DNA from: Cetorhinus maximus
Taxonomy: Eukaryota
Assembly: GCF_964194155.1 (NCBI RefSeq)
Contig: NC_135901.1
Span: forward strand, 25,544,001-25,608,000
DNA length: 64,000 bases
Direction of reading: 5' to 3'
The notes under the pieces were generated by a model. That model saw nothing but the letters and a program-made list of their open reading frames with translations, did no database searches and was not told where the DNA came from. Shown here one piece after another: positions 22,648 through 34,317 of the stretch (the first letter of the stretch is position 1; each line of letters opens with the position of its first letter). A program made the position numbers and the translations under genes.

Positions 22648-23359
22648 AGAACAACAGTTAATGCTGGAAACGTGCTGTCAGATCAGAGATTGGTGTAAAA
22701 CTGTGACTGTTCCTGATTGAAAGTGAAATGGCAGGTTTAAGTTTCCATTCTGAAGATGACTGTGGTAATTATACTACAGCTACCATTTCAGGACAGTGTT
22801 AACTCATTTAAAATATACCTGTTTAAAATGTATTTATTAAAGTCTGCATTAAAATAGCAGATGGGGGAGTTCACAGGATAACTGCTGGGACAATTATACT
22901 ACAGACACTTGATCTCCAGATAAAGAAGCAGCTGCAGTGTGTTTCCAGGAATTACCCTGTTTTATCCTGAATTATCCTGTTTCCAGGAATTACCCTGTTT
23001 TATTGATGTGTGTGTGTGAGACACCAGGATAACTAAACATACCCAACTCGGAAAACCCATGGCAGTGTGATCCCGACAATTACTCTGGGATCACTCCCGC
23101 TGTGGAGCTCCACCACTGACCCTGCTGAAGGTTGTGGGCTCAGGGAGTGGGGTCTCCAGGAGTGGACTGTAAGAAAGATGAGTTTCAGTATCCTGATTAA
23201 TATATGGTGAAAAACTAGAGGAATCCTGACTGAGGAACTGTCTGGGGTTTTACCTGTCAGTGTAGGTCTAGGGGTGAATGATTCTCGACTCCCTGAACTG
23301 TCTGACATTGAACTCAGTTTAGAACAAAATGGATTCAGTGTCCAGGAGAATGGGGACAA

Positions 23360-24100
23360 ATATCACCCACAATTGAAGGAGACAAAGGCAGCTGTTACAG
23401 AAGTGAAGATAGCTTTGGAAAAGAAGGTGGTGAACAATTGTAGCAATAATCGTGACAACTTTTCCAGCTCCAGCAGGAGTGAGAAGATGGTTATAGATGT
23501 TTTCGAGCCACTGAAAGTCAGTTCAGGACAGATTGAAACAGATTGCCAGGCTATGACAGAGCTGTTAAGTGACTATTTCACGTCAGTCTGCACTCCTGTG
23601 GGTGGTGCTTACATTCCAGCTGTGGGATGTGCTGTCGACAGTAACATCATCAATATTAAAATAGACAGTGATTGTCATCCTGGATAAAATAGGAAATCTC
23701 AAACTGGATGGTGCTCCAGGTCCAGATGAAACCCACCCAAGGGTGTTTAAAGAGATGGGGCGGGAGCTCTTTGAGCCCCTTGGCCGAATCTTCAATGGCT
23801 CAATAGAGTCGGGGATTGTTCCCTGAGATAGGAAGGCAGCTCACTTAATTCCCACTTTCTGAGTTGGAGACAAATCAGAGCCGGGGAACAACAGGCCTAT
23901 TAGTGTGATGTCAATCACAGGGAAGATGCTTTAAGAGATCCTAAGAGATCCTGTTTCTGGTCACTGGGGAAGAGAAGGAGCCATGAGAGATCCTGAACAC
24001 GACTTCCAGAAAAGGTCACATCTTACAAACCTTTTTGTGTTTTGTGAAGAAGTTGCTGTGTTTGTGGATGAGGGGAATCAGGTTGACATTGTCTATCTCA
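23360..24100 (+). mobile_element. Old degenerate CR1 ORF2 fragment
   Basis: Translates to AMTELLSDYFTSV and GAPGPDETHPRVFKE, plus NRPISVMSITGKML-like and VDIVYL motifs typical of CR1 RT. Confidence 0.65.
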
Positions 24101-24297
24101 GGGTGTAATCCAACAACAACACCTTGTATTTACACAGAGGGTTGTGGGGCTGAAGGAGGTTACAGAGACACTGTGGATCCCGTTGACATTGTCTATCTCC
24201 GGGTGCAATCCAACAACACCTTGTATTTACAGAGAGGGTTTGGGGCTGGAGGAGGTTACAGAGACACTGAGGATCCTGTTGACATTGTCTATCTCAG
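24082..24297 (+). repeat. Local tandem duplication, 96-100 bp unit, 2 full copies plus a partial third
   Basis: GTTGACATTGTCTATCTC recurs at 24082, 24182 and 24278 with similar intervening sequence. Confidence 0.85.
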
Positions 24298-24551
24298 GAG
24301 CGTCAAACTCATTTTCCAGGGCGGCTCTGATCCGATATCCTGGCATTGGGTGAGGGCCACATTCAGCAGAAGCTATTAACATAGGATTGGATACAGGAAA
24401 ACTATATCAGGATTTACTGACATTTCCATTTATTTACTGGTCCTGCTGCTCCTGATACCTGGCACCTCTTAGCTCGAACCATCACATCAACACTTGGAGG
24501 AAATGACTGGGCTGAGGCCTGTCTCAGATAAAAACACGAGGCCCACTTGTC

Positions 24552-25115
24552 ATCATAGAAATTTACAGCACAGAGGAGGCCATTCAGTCCATCATGTCTG
24601 TGCTGGCCGAAAATGAGTTATCCAGTCTAATCCCACTTTCCAGCTCTTGGTCCATAGCCCTGTAGGTTACACTGCCTCCAGCACATATCCGAGTGTTTTT
24701 TAGATGTGATGAGAGTTTCTACCTCTACCACCCTTTCAGACTGTGAGTTCCAGATCCCATCTGGGTGAGAATATTACTCAACTCCCCTCTAATCCTCCAT
24801 CAATTAGTCTAAATCTCTCCCCCTGGTTATTGATTTCTCTGTTAATGAAACAGGTCCTTTCTATCCACTCTATCTGGGCCCCTCATAATTTTATACATCT
24901 CAATTAAATCTCCCCTCAGCCTCCTCTGTTCCACAGAAAATAATCCCAGTCTATCTGATCTTTCCTCACAGTTAAAATTCTCCAGTCCTGGCAACACCCA
25001 GATAAGTCTCTTCTGTACCCCCTCTAACGCAATCACATCCTTCCTGTAATGTAGTGACCTGAACTGTACTCAGTACTTTAGCTGTGGTCTAACTCGTTTT
25101 CTTTATAATTCTAGA
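24552..25115 (-). mobile_element. CR1 3' fragment
   Basis: ORF 24842..25036 contains QRRLRGDLIEMYKIM. CATAGAA-type tail on the + strand at 24553. Confidence 0.85.
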
Positions 25116-25469
25116 ATAACCACTCTCTCACCTTCCATTCACTTCAATATAATGGAAACTGATGGTTGGAATCTGTCAGCACTTGAAAGATATTTACAAA
25201 TGGTTCGAGGGTTTCTTACAGTTGGGATCTTTCTCTGTTCTATCAACTCGAGGTGTTAGGTAACAGACTTTCTCCTGTGAATATTGAGCTGGAGTATTGG
25301 GCTGTAATGTGTTTCCTTGTTCATCTTGTTGAATCTAAATGTTCAATCCTGTTGTTTCAGACACCAGATAATCAAACTCACAATAACAGATTGGCTTTTC
25401 CTGACTTTATTAACAGCACTGCAATCATACAGACAGAGTATAGTTCCCCGATCCGGAGAACAGGGATAA

Positions 25470-26180
25470 TGTTGGGGTAGACTCCTCGTTGTTCGAGTAT
25501 GTCCAAGCTGTCAATGATTGCATCGTTTTCTGTGGCTCCTCTCATGACTGAAGAGTCCAATGTGGGATCGACATGGACGCCCACAAAACTGGCAGTTCAT
25601 GCTGCTGTTGTTGGTGCCGGGGGAACTTCTGCAGCTGCTCCATCTCTGGTCTTCCTCTGGGCACATCGGATGTTGCAAGTCTGGTGTACATGGTCCTTGA
25701 AACATGCTGAACCAAATTTCAGTGCTTGCCTACACATGGGCCGGTCGGCTGCAGTGTTTCCTCAGAGAGGTGGTCTGCAATTCACAAGTTTGTAAAGCTC
25801 TTTTTTAGGGTGTCCTTGTATCATTTATACTGACCACCTTGATGTTGTTTACCCTGAGACAGTTCCTCATTGAAGATCTGCTTGGGAATTCTGTCATCAT
25901 CCATGTGGGGTACATGGCCTGGCCATCCAAGTGGAATTTTCTGGAGGGTAGTCTCTGTGCTGTTGAGCCCAGCACGATGGAGAATCTCATTGTTTTGTGA
26001 TTTTGTCCTGCCATCGAATTCTCATGATGGACCTCAGGTGTCTTTGGTGGAAGCGTTCCAGAGCTTTGATATGGCTCCGATAGCAGACCCAGGATTCTGC
26101 TCCATACAGCAGGGTGGTAAGGACAATGCCCTGGGAGAGTCTGAGTTTAGTCTTCAGGTTAATGCCATGCTGCTTCCCGA
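25470..26180 (-). mobile_element. RTE-clade LINE 3' fragment
   Basis: C-terminal knuckle CQFCGRPCRSHIGLFSHERSH (ORF 25511..25705), with upstream LRWPGHVPHMDDDRIPKQI-like sequence. Confidence 0.75.
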
Positions 26181-26214
26181 CACAAACAGAAATAATAGTG
26201 GATTCAGAGCTGGA

Positions 26215-26672
26215 TTACATAGGATTACAGAGGATATACGGCACAGAAACATGTCATTCAGTCTGTGTTTATGCTCCACTCAAGCCTCCTCCCATCTTTC
26301 CTCATATAACTCTATCATTGTAATCCTCTACTCCCTTCTCCCTCTTGCGCTTGTCCAGTTTCCCCTTAAATACATCTGCACTATTCACTTCACCCACTCC
26401 TTGTGGTAGCGAGTTCCACATTCTCACCACTCTCTGGGTGAAGAAGTTTCTTCTGCATTCCCTATTGGATTCTTGGTGACTATCTTATATTGATGGTCTC
26501 TCTTACCCGCAAGAGGAAATATTCTCTCTGTATCCTCTCTATCAAAACCTTTCATCATTTTAAAGGCCTCTATTAGGTCACCTCTCAGTCTCCTTTATCC
26601 AAGAGAGAAGAGACCCAGCCTGTCAATCCTTTCCTCATATGTAAACACACACATTTCTGGTATCATTCTTGT
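26215..26672 (-). mobile_element. CR1 3' fragment
   Basis: Colinear with the other CR1 3' ends (GAGTTCCACATTCTCACCACTCTCTGGGTGAAGAAG). Confidence 0.7.
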
Positions 26673-26674
26673 CA

Positions 26675-27260
26675 AACAGTGCGTCCCTTCGGCTGTTCAC
26701 AACAGGCAAAGTACTGACCATACTCAACCGGCCCAGACTTGCAAAACTCATAACAAAGTGTCTAACATTAGAAGTGATTCCCTAATTGCTTTGCTAAACA
26801 AATCTGATTGTGCTAAGAATGACACTGACAAACAATTTAAAATTATCAATCATGCTCACGGTATGGCTCACTTACACATGCTAGAAATTCATGTATTCAC
26901 ACACCTGTCCTGCGCTCTCTGTTTGCAAAGGACATGTCCACACATTGCACCATTTTCAACAAAACAAAAGCTTGGGGACAGCCATTTCATGGTTCATTCC
27001 CCATGACAATGCCATGACCAACCAGAATCGACCTGGTTTGAATTTTAACAAAAGCTTGGCAGTTAACTACTGCCTTTTGCATTCTCCATGGTAACACCTC
27101 CACCAATCAGAGTTCTCTTGCCAACCAATCAGCCCCTCTTCTCATGTAGTGTAAATCATTGTTCTATTTACAATTGGTATTCTTACAAACCTGTCCTGAT
27201 GAGTGCAAAATGAAAACCTTCAACAGGATGTCTGTTTTTTCACAAAAGTTCAGCAAACTT
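26675..27260 (+). mobile_element. Fragment of a second Penelope family (GIY-YIG C-terminus plus 3' terminal region)
   Basis: CAKNDTDKQFKIINHAHGMAHLHMLE...PALCLQR resembles the Penelope endonuclease C-terminus. A hammerhead-like core lies at 27190-27227. Confidence 0.6.
27190..27227 (+). ncRNA. Minimal type I hammerhead-like motif (second family, degenerate)
   Basis: CCUGUC-CUGAUGA-GUGCAAAAU-GAAA-ACCU-UC-AACAGG. The flanks pair (CCUGU/ACAGG) and the core boxes are intact. Confidence 0.55.
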
Positions 27261-27324
27261 TCAGCAATAGTGATCCTGGGTGTGTTACCAATTCCTTCCC
27301 TGGATGCCAAGGCTAGGAGAGACA

Positions 27325-28292
27325 TAATGACATAAGAAATAGGAACAGGAGTAGACCATTCGGCCCTGTGAGCCTGCTCCACCATTCAATAAGATCATGG
27401 CTGATCTTCTTGTATTTCAATCCTGATAACCTTTAATTCCCTTACCTAACAAGAATCTATTTACCTCTGCCTTAAAAATATTCAGTGACCCCGCCTCCAC
27501 CGCCTTCTGAGGCAGAGAATTCCAAAGTTGCACAACGCTCTGAGAGAAAAAAAATTCTCATTTCTGTCCTAAAAGGGCGACCCTAATTTTAAAACAGTGC
27601 TCCCTAGTTCTGGACTCACCCACAAAAGGAAACATCCTTTCGACGTCCACCTTGTCAAGGCCGTTCAGGATCTTGTATACTTCAATCAAATCACCCCTCA
27701 CTCTTCTAAACTCCAGTGGAAACAAGCCCAGTCTGTCCAACCTTTCCTCATAAGACAACCCACTCCTTCCAGGTATCAATCTAGTAAACCTCCTTTGAAC
27801 CACCTCCAATGTATTTCTATCCTTCCTTAAATAAGGAGACCAAAACTGTATACAGTATACGAGGTGCAATCTCACCAATGCCCTGTATAACTGAAGCATG
27901 AAATCCTTACATTTATGTTCAATTCCTCTTGTAATAAAGGATAGCATTCCATTAGCCTTCTTAATTACTTGCTGTACCTGCTTACTAACTTTTTGTGACT
28001 CATGTACTAGAACACCTAGATCCCTCTGCACCTCAGAATTATGCAGCCGTTCTCCATTTAAGTAATGCTCTGCTTTTTTGTTCTCCCTGCCAAAGTGAAC
28101 TTCACATTTTCCCACATTAAACTCCATTTGCCAGATCTTTGTCCACTCACTCAACCTACCTATATCCATCTGCAACCTCCTCATGTCCTCTTCACAACAT
28201 ACTTTCCTATCTATCTTTGTGTCCTCTGCAAATTTAGCTACCATGTCTTCACTCCCCTCATCTAAGTCATTGATGTAAATCGTAAAAAGTTG
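27325..28292 (-). mobile_element. 5'-truncated vertebrate-type CR1 LINE
   Basis: ORF 27558..28331 contains QLFTIYINDL, KFAEDTK, WQMEFNVGKCEV and RRVRGDLIEVYKIL. Confidence 0.9.
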
Positions 28293-28388
28293 AGACACTC
28301 TAGGAGGTACGCAGAGCTGGGACTTGTCCATGAGAGTGACTGAAGATATGAGAACTGAAATAATCTAGAGTTAGAAAGGAGAAAAGGT

Positions 28389-29813
28389 TCAGTTCTGGAC
28401 GTGATCCTCAGCATCAACAACTGAATCCAACTTTTCTGGTAACTTGTGAACTCGCTTATGTCTCAGCAGGTCGGATGACCGAGTAAATCTCTTCTCACAC
28501 ACGGAGCAGGTGAATGGCCTCTCCCCAGTGTGAATGCGTTGGTGTCTCAGCAGGTTGGATGAATTAGTGAATCCCTTCTCACACACAGAACAGGAGAACG
28601 GCCTCAACCCCATATGAATGCGGTGGTGTCTCAGCAGGTGGGTTGAATCAGGGAATCCCTTCCCACACAAGGAGCAGGTGAACGGCCTCTCCCTAGTGTG
28701 AATGCGCTGGTGTCTCACCAGATAAGATGAACAAGTGAATCCCTTCCCACACACAGAGCAGGTAAACGGCCTTTCTCCAGTGTGACTGCGCTGGTGTCTC
28801 ACCAGATGGAATGAATGAGCGAATCTCTTCCCACACGTGGAGCAGGTGAACGGCCTCACACCGGTGTGAACTCGCTCATGTACCTCAAGGTAGGACAAAC
28901 GAGAGAAACTCTTGCCACATACGGAGCAGATGAATGGCCTCTCCCCAGTGTGAACCGACTGATGTGTCCGCAGGTTGGCTGACTGAGTGAATCTTTTCCC
29001 ACACACGGAGCAGGTGAACGGTCTCTCTCCAGTATGAACTCGCTTGTGTATCAGAAGTTGGTTTGAACGAGTGAATCCCTTGCCGCATATGGAGCAGGTG
29101 AATGGTCTCTCCCCGGTGTGAATCCGTTGGTGCATCAGAAGGCTGGATGACCGAATAAAACCCTTCCCACACACGGAGCAGATGAATGGTCTCTCCCCTG
29201 TGTGACCACGCTTATGTGTCAGAAGGTGGAAAGAATGAATGAATCTTTTTCCACACACAGAGCAGGGGAACGGTCTCTCCCCAGTGTGAATGCACTGGTG
29301 CCTCAGCAGATCAATGCTTCTTTTAAAGGTTTTCTCACATTCGGAGCATTTAAAAGGTCTCTCATCTGAGTGAACCAGTTGGTGCTTAGTGTAGCTTGAA
29401 AACTGAGTGAATGCCTTCCCACACTGGGAGCAGCTGAATGGCCTGTCCTTGGTGTGAACTCGCTGGTGCTCAGTGAGATGCCCTGACTCACTGAACGACT
29501 CCCCACAGTGAGAGCAGCTGAACGGCCTCTCGTGTGTGTGAAGGAGCTGGTGCTCCGCGAGGCAGGAGGACAGCCTGAACCTCTTCCCGCAGTGGGAGCA
29601 GCTGAACGGTCTCTCATCAGTGTGAACTCGTTGCTGTTGGACCAGTTCCTCAGAGGTTTCAAAGCTTTTCCCAGAGTCAGAGCACTGAAGAGGCTTCTCA
29701 TCAATGTGATCCAGTTGGTGTGCCAGCAGGTTGGATGAACACATGAATTTCTTCCCACACACAGAGCAGGTGAACAGCCTCTCACTATTGTGAGCTCGCT
29801 GTCGTGTCAGCAT
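28389..29813 (-). CDS. C2H2 zinc-finger protein (unit D): 15 intact fingers plus 1 degenerate
   Basis: Uninterrupted ORF 28389..29840 with the first ATG at 29813 and TGERPF linkers. Acceptor ttttacAG at 30004-30003. C-terminal tail KLPEKLDSVVDAEDHVQN. Confidence 0.88.
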   Translation of the reverse strand: MLTRQRAHNSERLFTCSVCGKKFMCSSNLLAHQLDHIDEKPLQCSDSGKSFETSEELVQQQRVHTDERPFSCSHCGKRFRLSSCLAEHQLLHTHERPFSCSHCGESFSESGHLTEHQRVHTKDRPFSCSQCGKAFTQFSSYTKHQLVHSDERPFKCSECEKTFKRSIDLLRHQCIHTGERPFPCSVCGKRFIHSFHLLTHKRGHTGERPFICSVCGKGFIRSSSLLMHQRIHTGERPFTCSICGKGFTRSNQLLIHKRVHTGERPFTCSVCGKRFTQSANLRTHQSVHTGERPFICSVCGKSFSRLSYLEVHERVHTGVRPFTCSTCGKRFAHSFHLVRHQRSHTGERPFTCSVCGKGFTCSSYLVRHQRIHTRERPFTCSLCGKGFPDSTHLLRHHRIHMGLRPFSCSVCEKGFTNSSNLLRHQRIHTGERPFTCSVCEKRFTRSSDLLRHKRVHKLPEKLDSVVDAEDHVQN

Positions 29814-30400
29814 GTTTACCAGCTGTATCAATCCCTTCACACAGGAGGAGCAGGTGATCGGCCTCTCACCAGTTTCCAGCTGAGACGGTCAATTAAATCC
29901 CTTCAGATGTACAAATCTTCAGATCCCAATCAACCAGTTTACTCTGTCAGACGTGAGATTTGATTTGATATTCCTGTCTGCAAATCCTCCTCTTCTATTA
30001 CCCTGTAAAATAGGTTTACAAAGAATTACACAGAATATACATTACACAAACAGGCCATTTAGTCTATCTAGTCTGCACTGGAGTTTCTACTCCACACGAA
30101 TCTCCTCTCATTTTGCCAACCTCATCTCAGCCGTTCAGTTGATCTTTCTAATCCCTTCTCTCTCATGTTCTCATCTAGTTTCTATTTGAAAAAGTCTCAG
30201 GTATTTTTCTCAGCCACTTACTGTAATAGTGAGTTCCACATTTTAATTACTGCCTGAGGAAAGAAACATCTGAAGTTTTCCTGTTGGGTTTATTTGTAAC
30301 TATTGTGTACACAAGACCTCCAGTATTGAACAGACCAACAAGCGGAAACATTCTGTCCGCATCGACCTGCCCATCCTCATGAGGATTTTAAAGACCTAGA

Positions 30401-30657
30401 TAAAGCAAAATACTGCGGATGCTGGAAATCTGAAACAAAACAAAAATTGCTGGAAATAACTTAGCAGGTCTGACAGCACCTATGGAGAGAAAGACAGAGC
30501 TAATGTTTCGAGTCTGCAGGACTCTTAAGTTCTGAAGAATCATACGGACTTGAAACGTTAACTGTGTTCCTCTCCGCAGATGCTGTCAGACCTGCTGAGT
30601 TTTTCCAGGTATTTTTGTCTTTGTTTCGGATTTCCAGCATCCCAGTTTTTTGCTTTA
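30401..30657. mobile_element. Foldback (inverted dimer) of the Penelope-terminal unit
   Basis: Termini TAAAGCAAAA...TTTTGCTTTA with arms of about 115-130 bp. Hammerhead core on + at 30528-30563 and a partial core on - at about 30497-30526. Confidence 0.85.
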
Positions 30658-30679
30658 ATCTCAGAAATGCACAATATTC

Positions 30680-31110
30680 TCTCCTCCTGCTGACAGGGAT
30701 GTTCGCGCATGCGCCCTGCTGCACCAGTAAAGATGGCGGCCATTAACTCCGTCATTTTACTGAGAACAGCGGCCCGCAGCTGCCCCCACGACCGTTCGCT
30801 GCGACCGCGGAGCCACTACAATTAATTCGGGTATTGAAGCCTTCAGTGGATCTCTATAAAACCTCACTGCCCACTCCACCGCCTCCAGTCCTCGCCATCT
30901 ACCGGTTTCATTGACTCGCCTGCACTCCGCAATTCTCATCCTTCTACCAGCGCCTGGTACAGGCAGCTACTGCGCATGCTCCCCTAAATGCACCCACAAG
31001 GCGCATGCTCGAGACTCACCCGGCATTGCGCCTGCGCAGTCTTCCTGCAGCGAGGATAGGGTATATTCTGCCCCGCCGTGAATGCTGGGTAAACCCTCGG
31101 CCATTGAAAG
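30680..31110 (-). promoter_or_regulatory. CpG-island promoter of unit D
   Basis: NRF1 GCGCATGCGC at 30705-30714, YY1 AAGATGGCGGC at 30730-30740, further TGCGCATGC and TGCGCCTGCGCA at 30970-31040, and a ZNF143-like site at 31074-31091 on the - strand. Confidence 0.7.
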
Positions 31111-31444
31111 GCGATATTGTTGAATAGGAAATCACGTTTTGTAATCGATTGGAGTCATAGGGCCAAGATATGAAATTATGACATCAATTGATACAGCAAC
31201 CAAAGTGCACGGGTCCTCCATCATAGTTCTTTCCTGGGTGTAATTAATAGAAATTAACACTTCAACAGTTAAATTCAAACTCACTGTAGTCTCAGAACAT
31301 GGGGGAAACAAATGATTTTTTTTCCAAGGCTCAGAACACCTAAGATGTCTCTTTCTAGTAAGAAAGTGCTGATTTGTGAATAAAATCCTTCAAACTTTCT
31401 AAATTGGTGAATTGGGAGGTGAGAAAACTAAGCAAATCCTTTCT

Positions 31445-31610
31445 GACTTGTGAAATATCTGAAAGGTCTCTCTGCAGTGTGACTGCTGTTGTGTCAGTAA
31501 ATAGGATGATCGATTGAATCCCCTTCCACTTCCAGATGGTGATGATCTTTTTACGCTGTGATTTTACTCATCAGTTTCCAGCTCAGACGGGGATCTCAAA
31601 CCCTTCTTGC
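31445..31610 (-). pseudogene. Highly decayed ZNF finger remnant
   Basis: The minus strand reads ...CCGTCTGAGCTGGAAACTG...GGATTCAATCGATCATCC...CAGTCACACTGCAGAGAGACC. It is an inverted paralog of 36805-36945. Confidence 0.5.
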
Positions 31611-32116
31611 AATGAGCTCCACATCCTCAGCACTCTCCAGTTCAGGAAAAGAAAAATATTGGGGATGCTGGAAACCTGAATGAAAAACAGAAAGTGCTGG
31701 AATTTTCAGCAGATCTGATTGCGTCTGTGGAGAAAGAAACATAGTTTACATGTATTTCAGCCTGTAACCTTTCATCAGAACCGCACTGTGTCTGTGCATC
31801 ACTGTGATTTTCAATCCACTGAAGCAGCCATTGAAAACTGCCCTCCACTTCACTGGAAGTACAAGGGACAAGTTTGTAGGTGTGGCCTAATGTACAATAC
31901 ATGATGGTATTTCAAAAGAGAGCCCATGTACCAATAGATATTTACATTAATTAACCAAACCTCTTAACCCTGAAGTCTGCTTAAATAATTCACCTCTTTA
32001 ACAAAGTCAGGACAATACAGCTCACACACACTCTGTCTCCAGGTTTCTTGCCAAATGAGTTCACCTGCCATTTTATAGCTTTCTCTCTCTTCTATGCAGA
32101 CCATGTTAAACAAACA

Positions 32117-34317
32117 AAAACAAAAGTGCCTGGAAAAACTCAGCAGGTCTGACAGCATCTGTGGAGAGGGATACAGTTGACGTTTCGAGTCCGTATGATC
32201 CTTCATCAGAACTAAGACATATAGAAATGAGATGAAATATAAGCTAGTAGAAGGGGGTGGGACAGGAGAGCTAGATAGGGGGCCAGTGATAGGTGGAAGG
32301 CAAGAAGAGACTGCCAAAGATGTCATAGACAAAAGGACAAAGGGGTGTTGACGGTGGTGATATTATCTAAAAGATGTGCTAATGGGGACATTAAGGGAAA
32401 CAAGCTAGTGGCAGATGGCCCTAATGCGGGTGGGGTGGGGGGAATGGATTGAAATGGGCTAAAAGCTGGAGATGAAACAATAGATCGAAAAACTTTTAAC
32501 ATAGGAGGGAAGAGAAAAAAAAGTTGCAAAAATAAATAAATAAATTATAAATTATTGGAAAAGGGGGGATCGGAAAGGGGGTGGGGATGGAGGAGAGAGT
32601 TCATGATCTGTAATTATTGAACTCAATATTAAGTCCAGAAGGCTGTAGAGTGCCTAGTCGGAAGATGAGGTGCTGTTTCTCCAGTTTGCTTTGAACATTA
32701 CAGTAGGCCAAGGACAGACATGTGGGCATGAGAGGAGGGTGGTGTGTTGAAATGGCATGCGACAGGGAGGTCTGGGTCATGCTTGCGGACAGACCGAAGG
32801 TGATCCACAAAACAGTTACCCAGTCTGCGTTTGGTCTCTCCAATGTAGAGGAGACAGCATTGGGAGCAGCGAATGCAGTAGACTAAATTGAGGGAAGTGC
32901 AAGTGAAATGCTACATCACTTGAAAGGAGTGTTTGGGCCCTTGGACGGTGAGGAGAGGTGAAGTAAAGCGGCAGGTGTTGCACCTTCTGCGGTTGCATGG
33001 GAAGGTGCCATGGGAGGGGGTTGAGATGTAGGGGGTGATGGAGGAGTGGACTAGGGTGTCCCGGAGGGAATGATCCCTGCGGAAAGCTGCCAGGGGGGTA
33101 AAGGGAAGGTGTGTTTGGTGGTGGCATCATGCTGGAGTTGTCGGAAATGGCGGAGGATGATCCTTTGAATACTGAGGCTGGTGGGGTGATAAGTGAGGAC
33201 AAGGGGGACCTTATCATGGTTCTGGGAGGGACAGGAAGGTGTGAGGGCGGATGTGCGGGAGATGGGCCGGACACGGTTGAGGGGCCTGTCAACCACCGTG
33301 GGTGGAAAACCTCGGTTAAGGGAGAAGGAAAACATGGCAGAGGAACTGTTTTGGAAAGTGGCATCATCAGGACAGATGCGACGGAGGCGAAGGAACTGAG
33401 AGAATGGGATGGAGTCCTTACAGGAAGTGGGGTGTGAGGAGCTGTAGTCGAGGTAGCTGTGGGAGTCGGTAGGCTTGTAATGGATATTGGTGGACAGTCT
33501 ATCACCAGAAATTAAGACAGAGAGGTCAAGGAAGGGAAGGGAAGTGTCAGTGATGGACCACGTGAAAATGATGGAGGGGTGGAAATTGGAAGCAAAATTA
33601 ATAAATTTTTCCAGATCCAGATGAGAGCATGAAGTGGCACCGAAGCAGTCATCGATGTACCAGAGAAAGAGTTGTGGGAGGGGTCCTAAGTAGGACTGGA
33701 ACAAGGAATGTTCCACATAGCCCATAAAGAGGCAGGCATAACTGGGGCCCATGTGGGTACCCATAGCCACACCTTTTATTTGGAGGAAGTGAGACGAACT
33801 TAAGGAGAAATTGTTCAGTGGGAGAACAAGTTCAGCCAGACGGAAGAGAGTGGTGGTGGATGGGGATTGTTCGGGCCTCTGTTCAAGGAAGAAGCGGAGA
33901 GCCCTCAGACCATCACGGTGGGGGATGGAGGCGTATAGGGATTGGACATCCATGGTGAAGAGGAGACGGTTGGGGCCAAGGGACTGGAAATTGTTGATAA
34001 GATGTAGGGCGTGAGAGGAATCGCGGATGTAGGTGGGAAGAGACTGGACAAGGGGAGAGAGAATGGAGTCAAGATAGCAAGAAATGAGTTCTGTGGCGCA
34101 GGAACAGGCTGACACAATCAGTCTGCCGGGACAGTCCTGTTTGTGGATTTTGGGTAGGAGGTAGAAGCGGGCCATCCGAGATTGGGAGACTATGAGGTTG
34201 GAAGCTGTGGAGGGAAGATCTCCAGAGGAGATGAGGTCAGTGACAGTCCTGGAAACAATGGCTTGATGTTCAGTGGTGGGGTCATGGTCCAGGGGGAGGT
34301 AGGAGGAAGTGTCTGCG
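32117..34317 (-). mobile_element. 5'-truncated Penelope-like element with a 13-bp TSD
   Basis: 374-aa ORF 33051..34175 contains FYLLPKIHK, MDVQSLY, GVAMGTHMGPSYA, WYIDD and FLDL. A GIY-YIG remnant lies near 32600-32900. TGTTAAACAAACA is at 32104-32116 and 34318-34330. Confidence 0.93.
32175..32213 (-). ncRNA. Minimal type I hammerhead ribozyme motif in the Penelope terminus (best-preserved copy)
   Basis: RNA reads AGUU-CUGAUGA-A-GGAUC-AUACG-GACUC-GAAA-CGUC-AACU. Stem I is AGUU/AACU, stem II has 4 of 5 pairs, stem III is the palindrome ACGU, and the GUC triplet predicts a cut after 32179. Confidence 0.72.

Noticed and set aside
23274-23687. 137-aa ORF as a novel protein
   Set aside because: It translates to the CR1 ORF2 inter-domain region (..MTELLSDYFTSV..), so it is a decayed LINE.
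27558-28331. 257-aa ORF starting about 57 nt after the unit D stop as a second gene or domesticated RT
   Set aside because: It is the C-terminal part of a 5'-truncated CR1 ORF2 with a chance upstream ATG, a mutated catalytic motif (FAED) and a frameshifted end.
28885-29785. Alternative-frame and antisense ORFs over finger arrays (also at 5164, 39017, 42755, 50635 and 50960)
   Set aside because: These are expected shadow ORFs of repetitive ZNF codons with no independent support.
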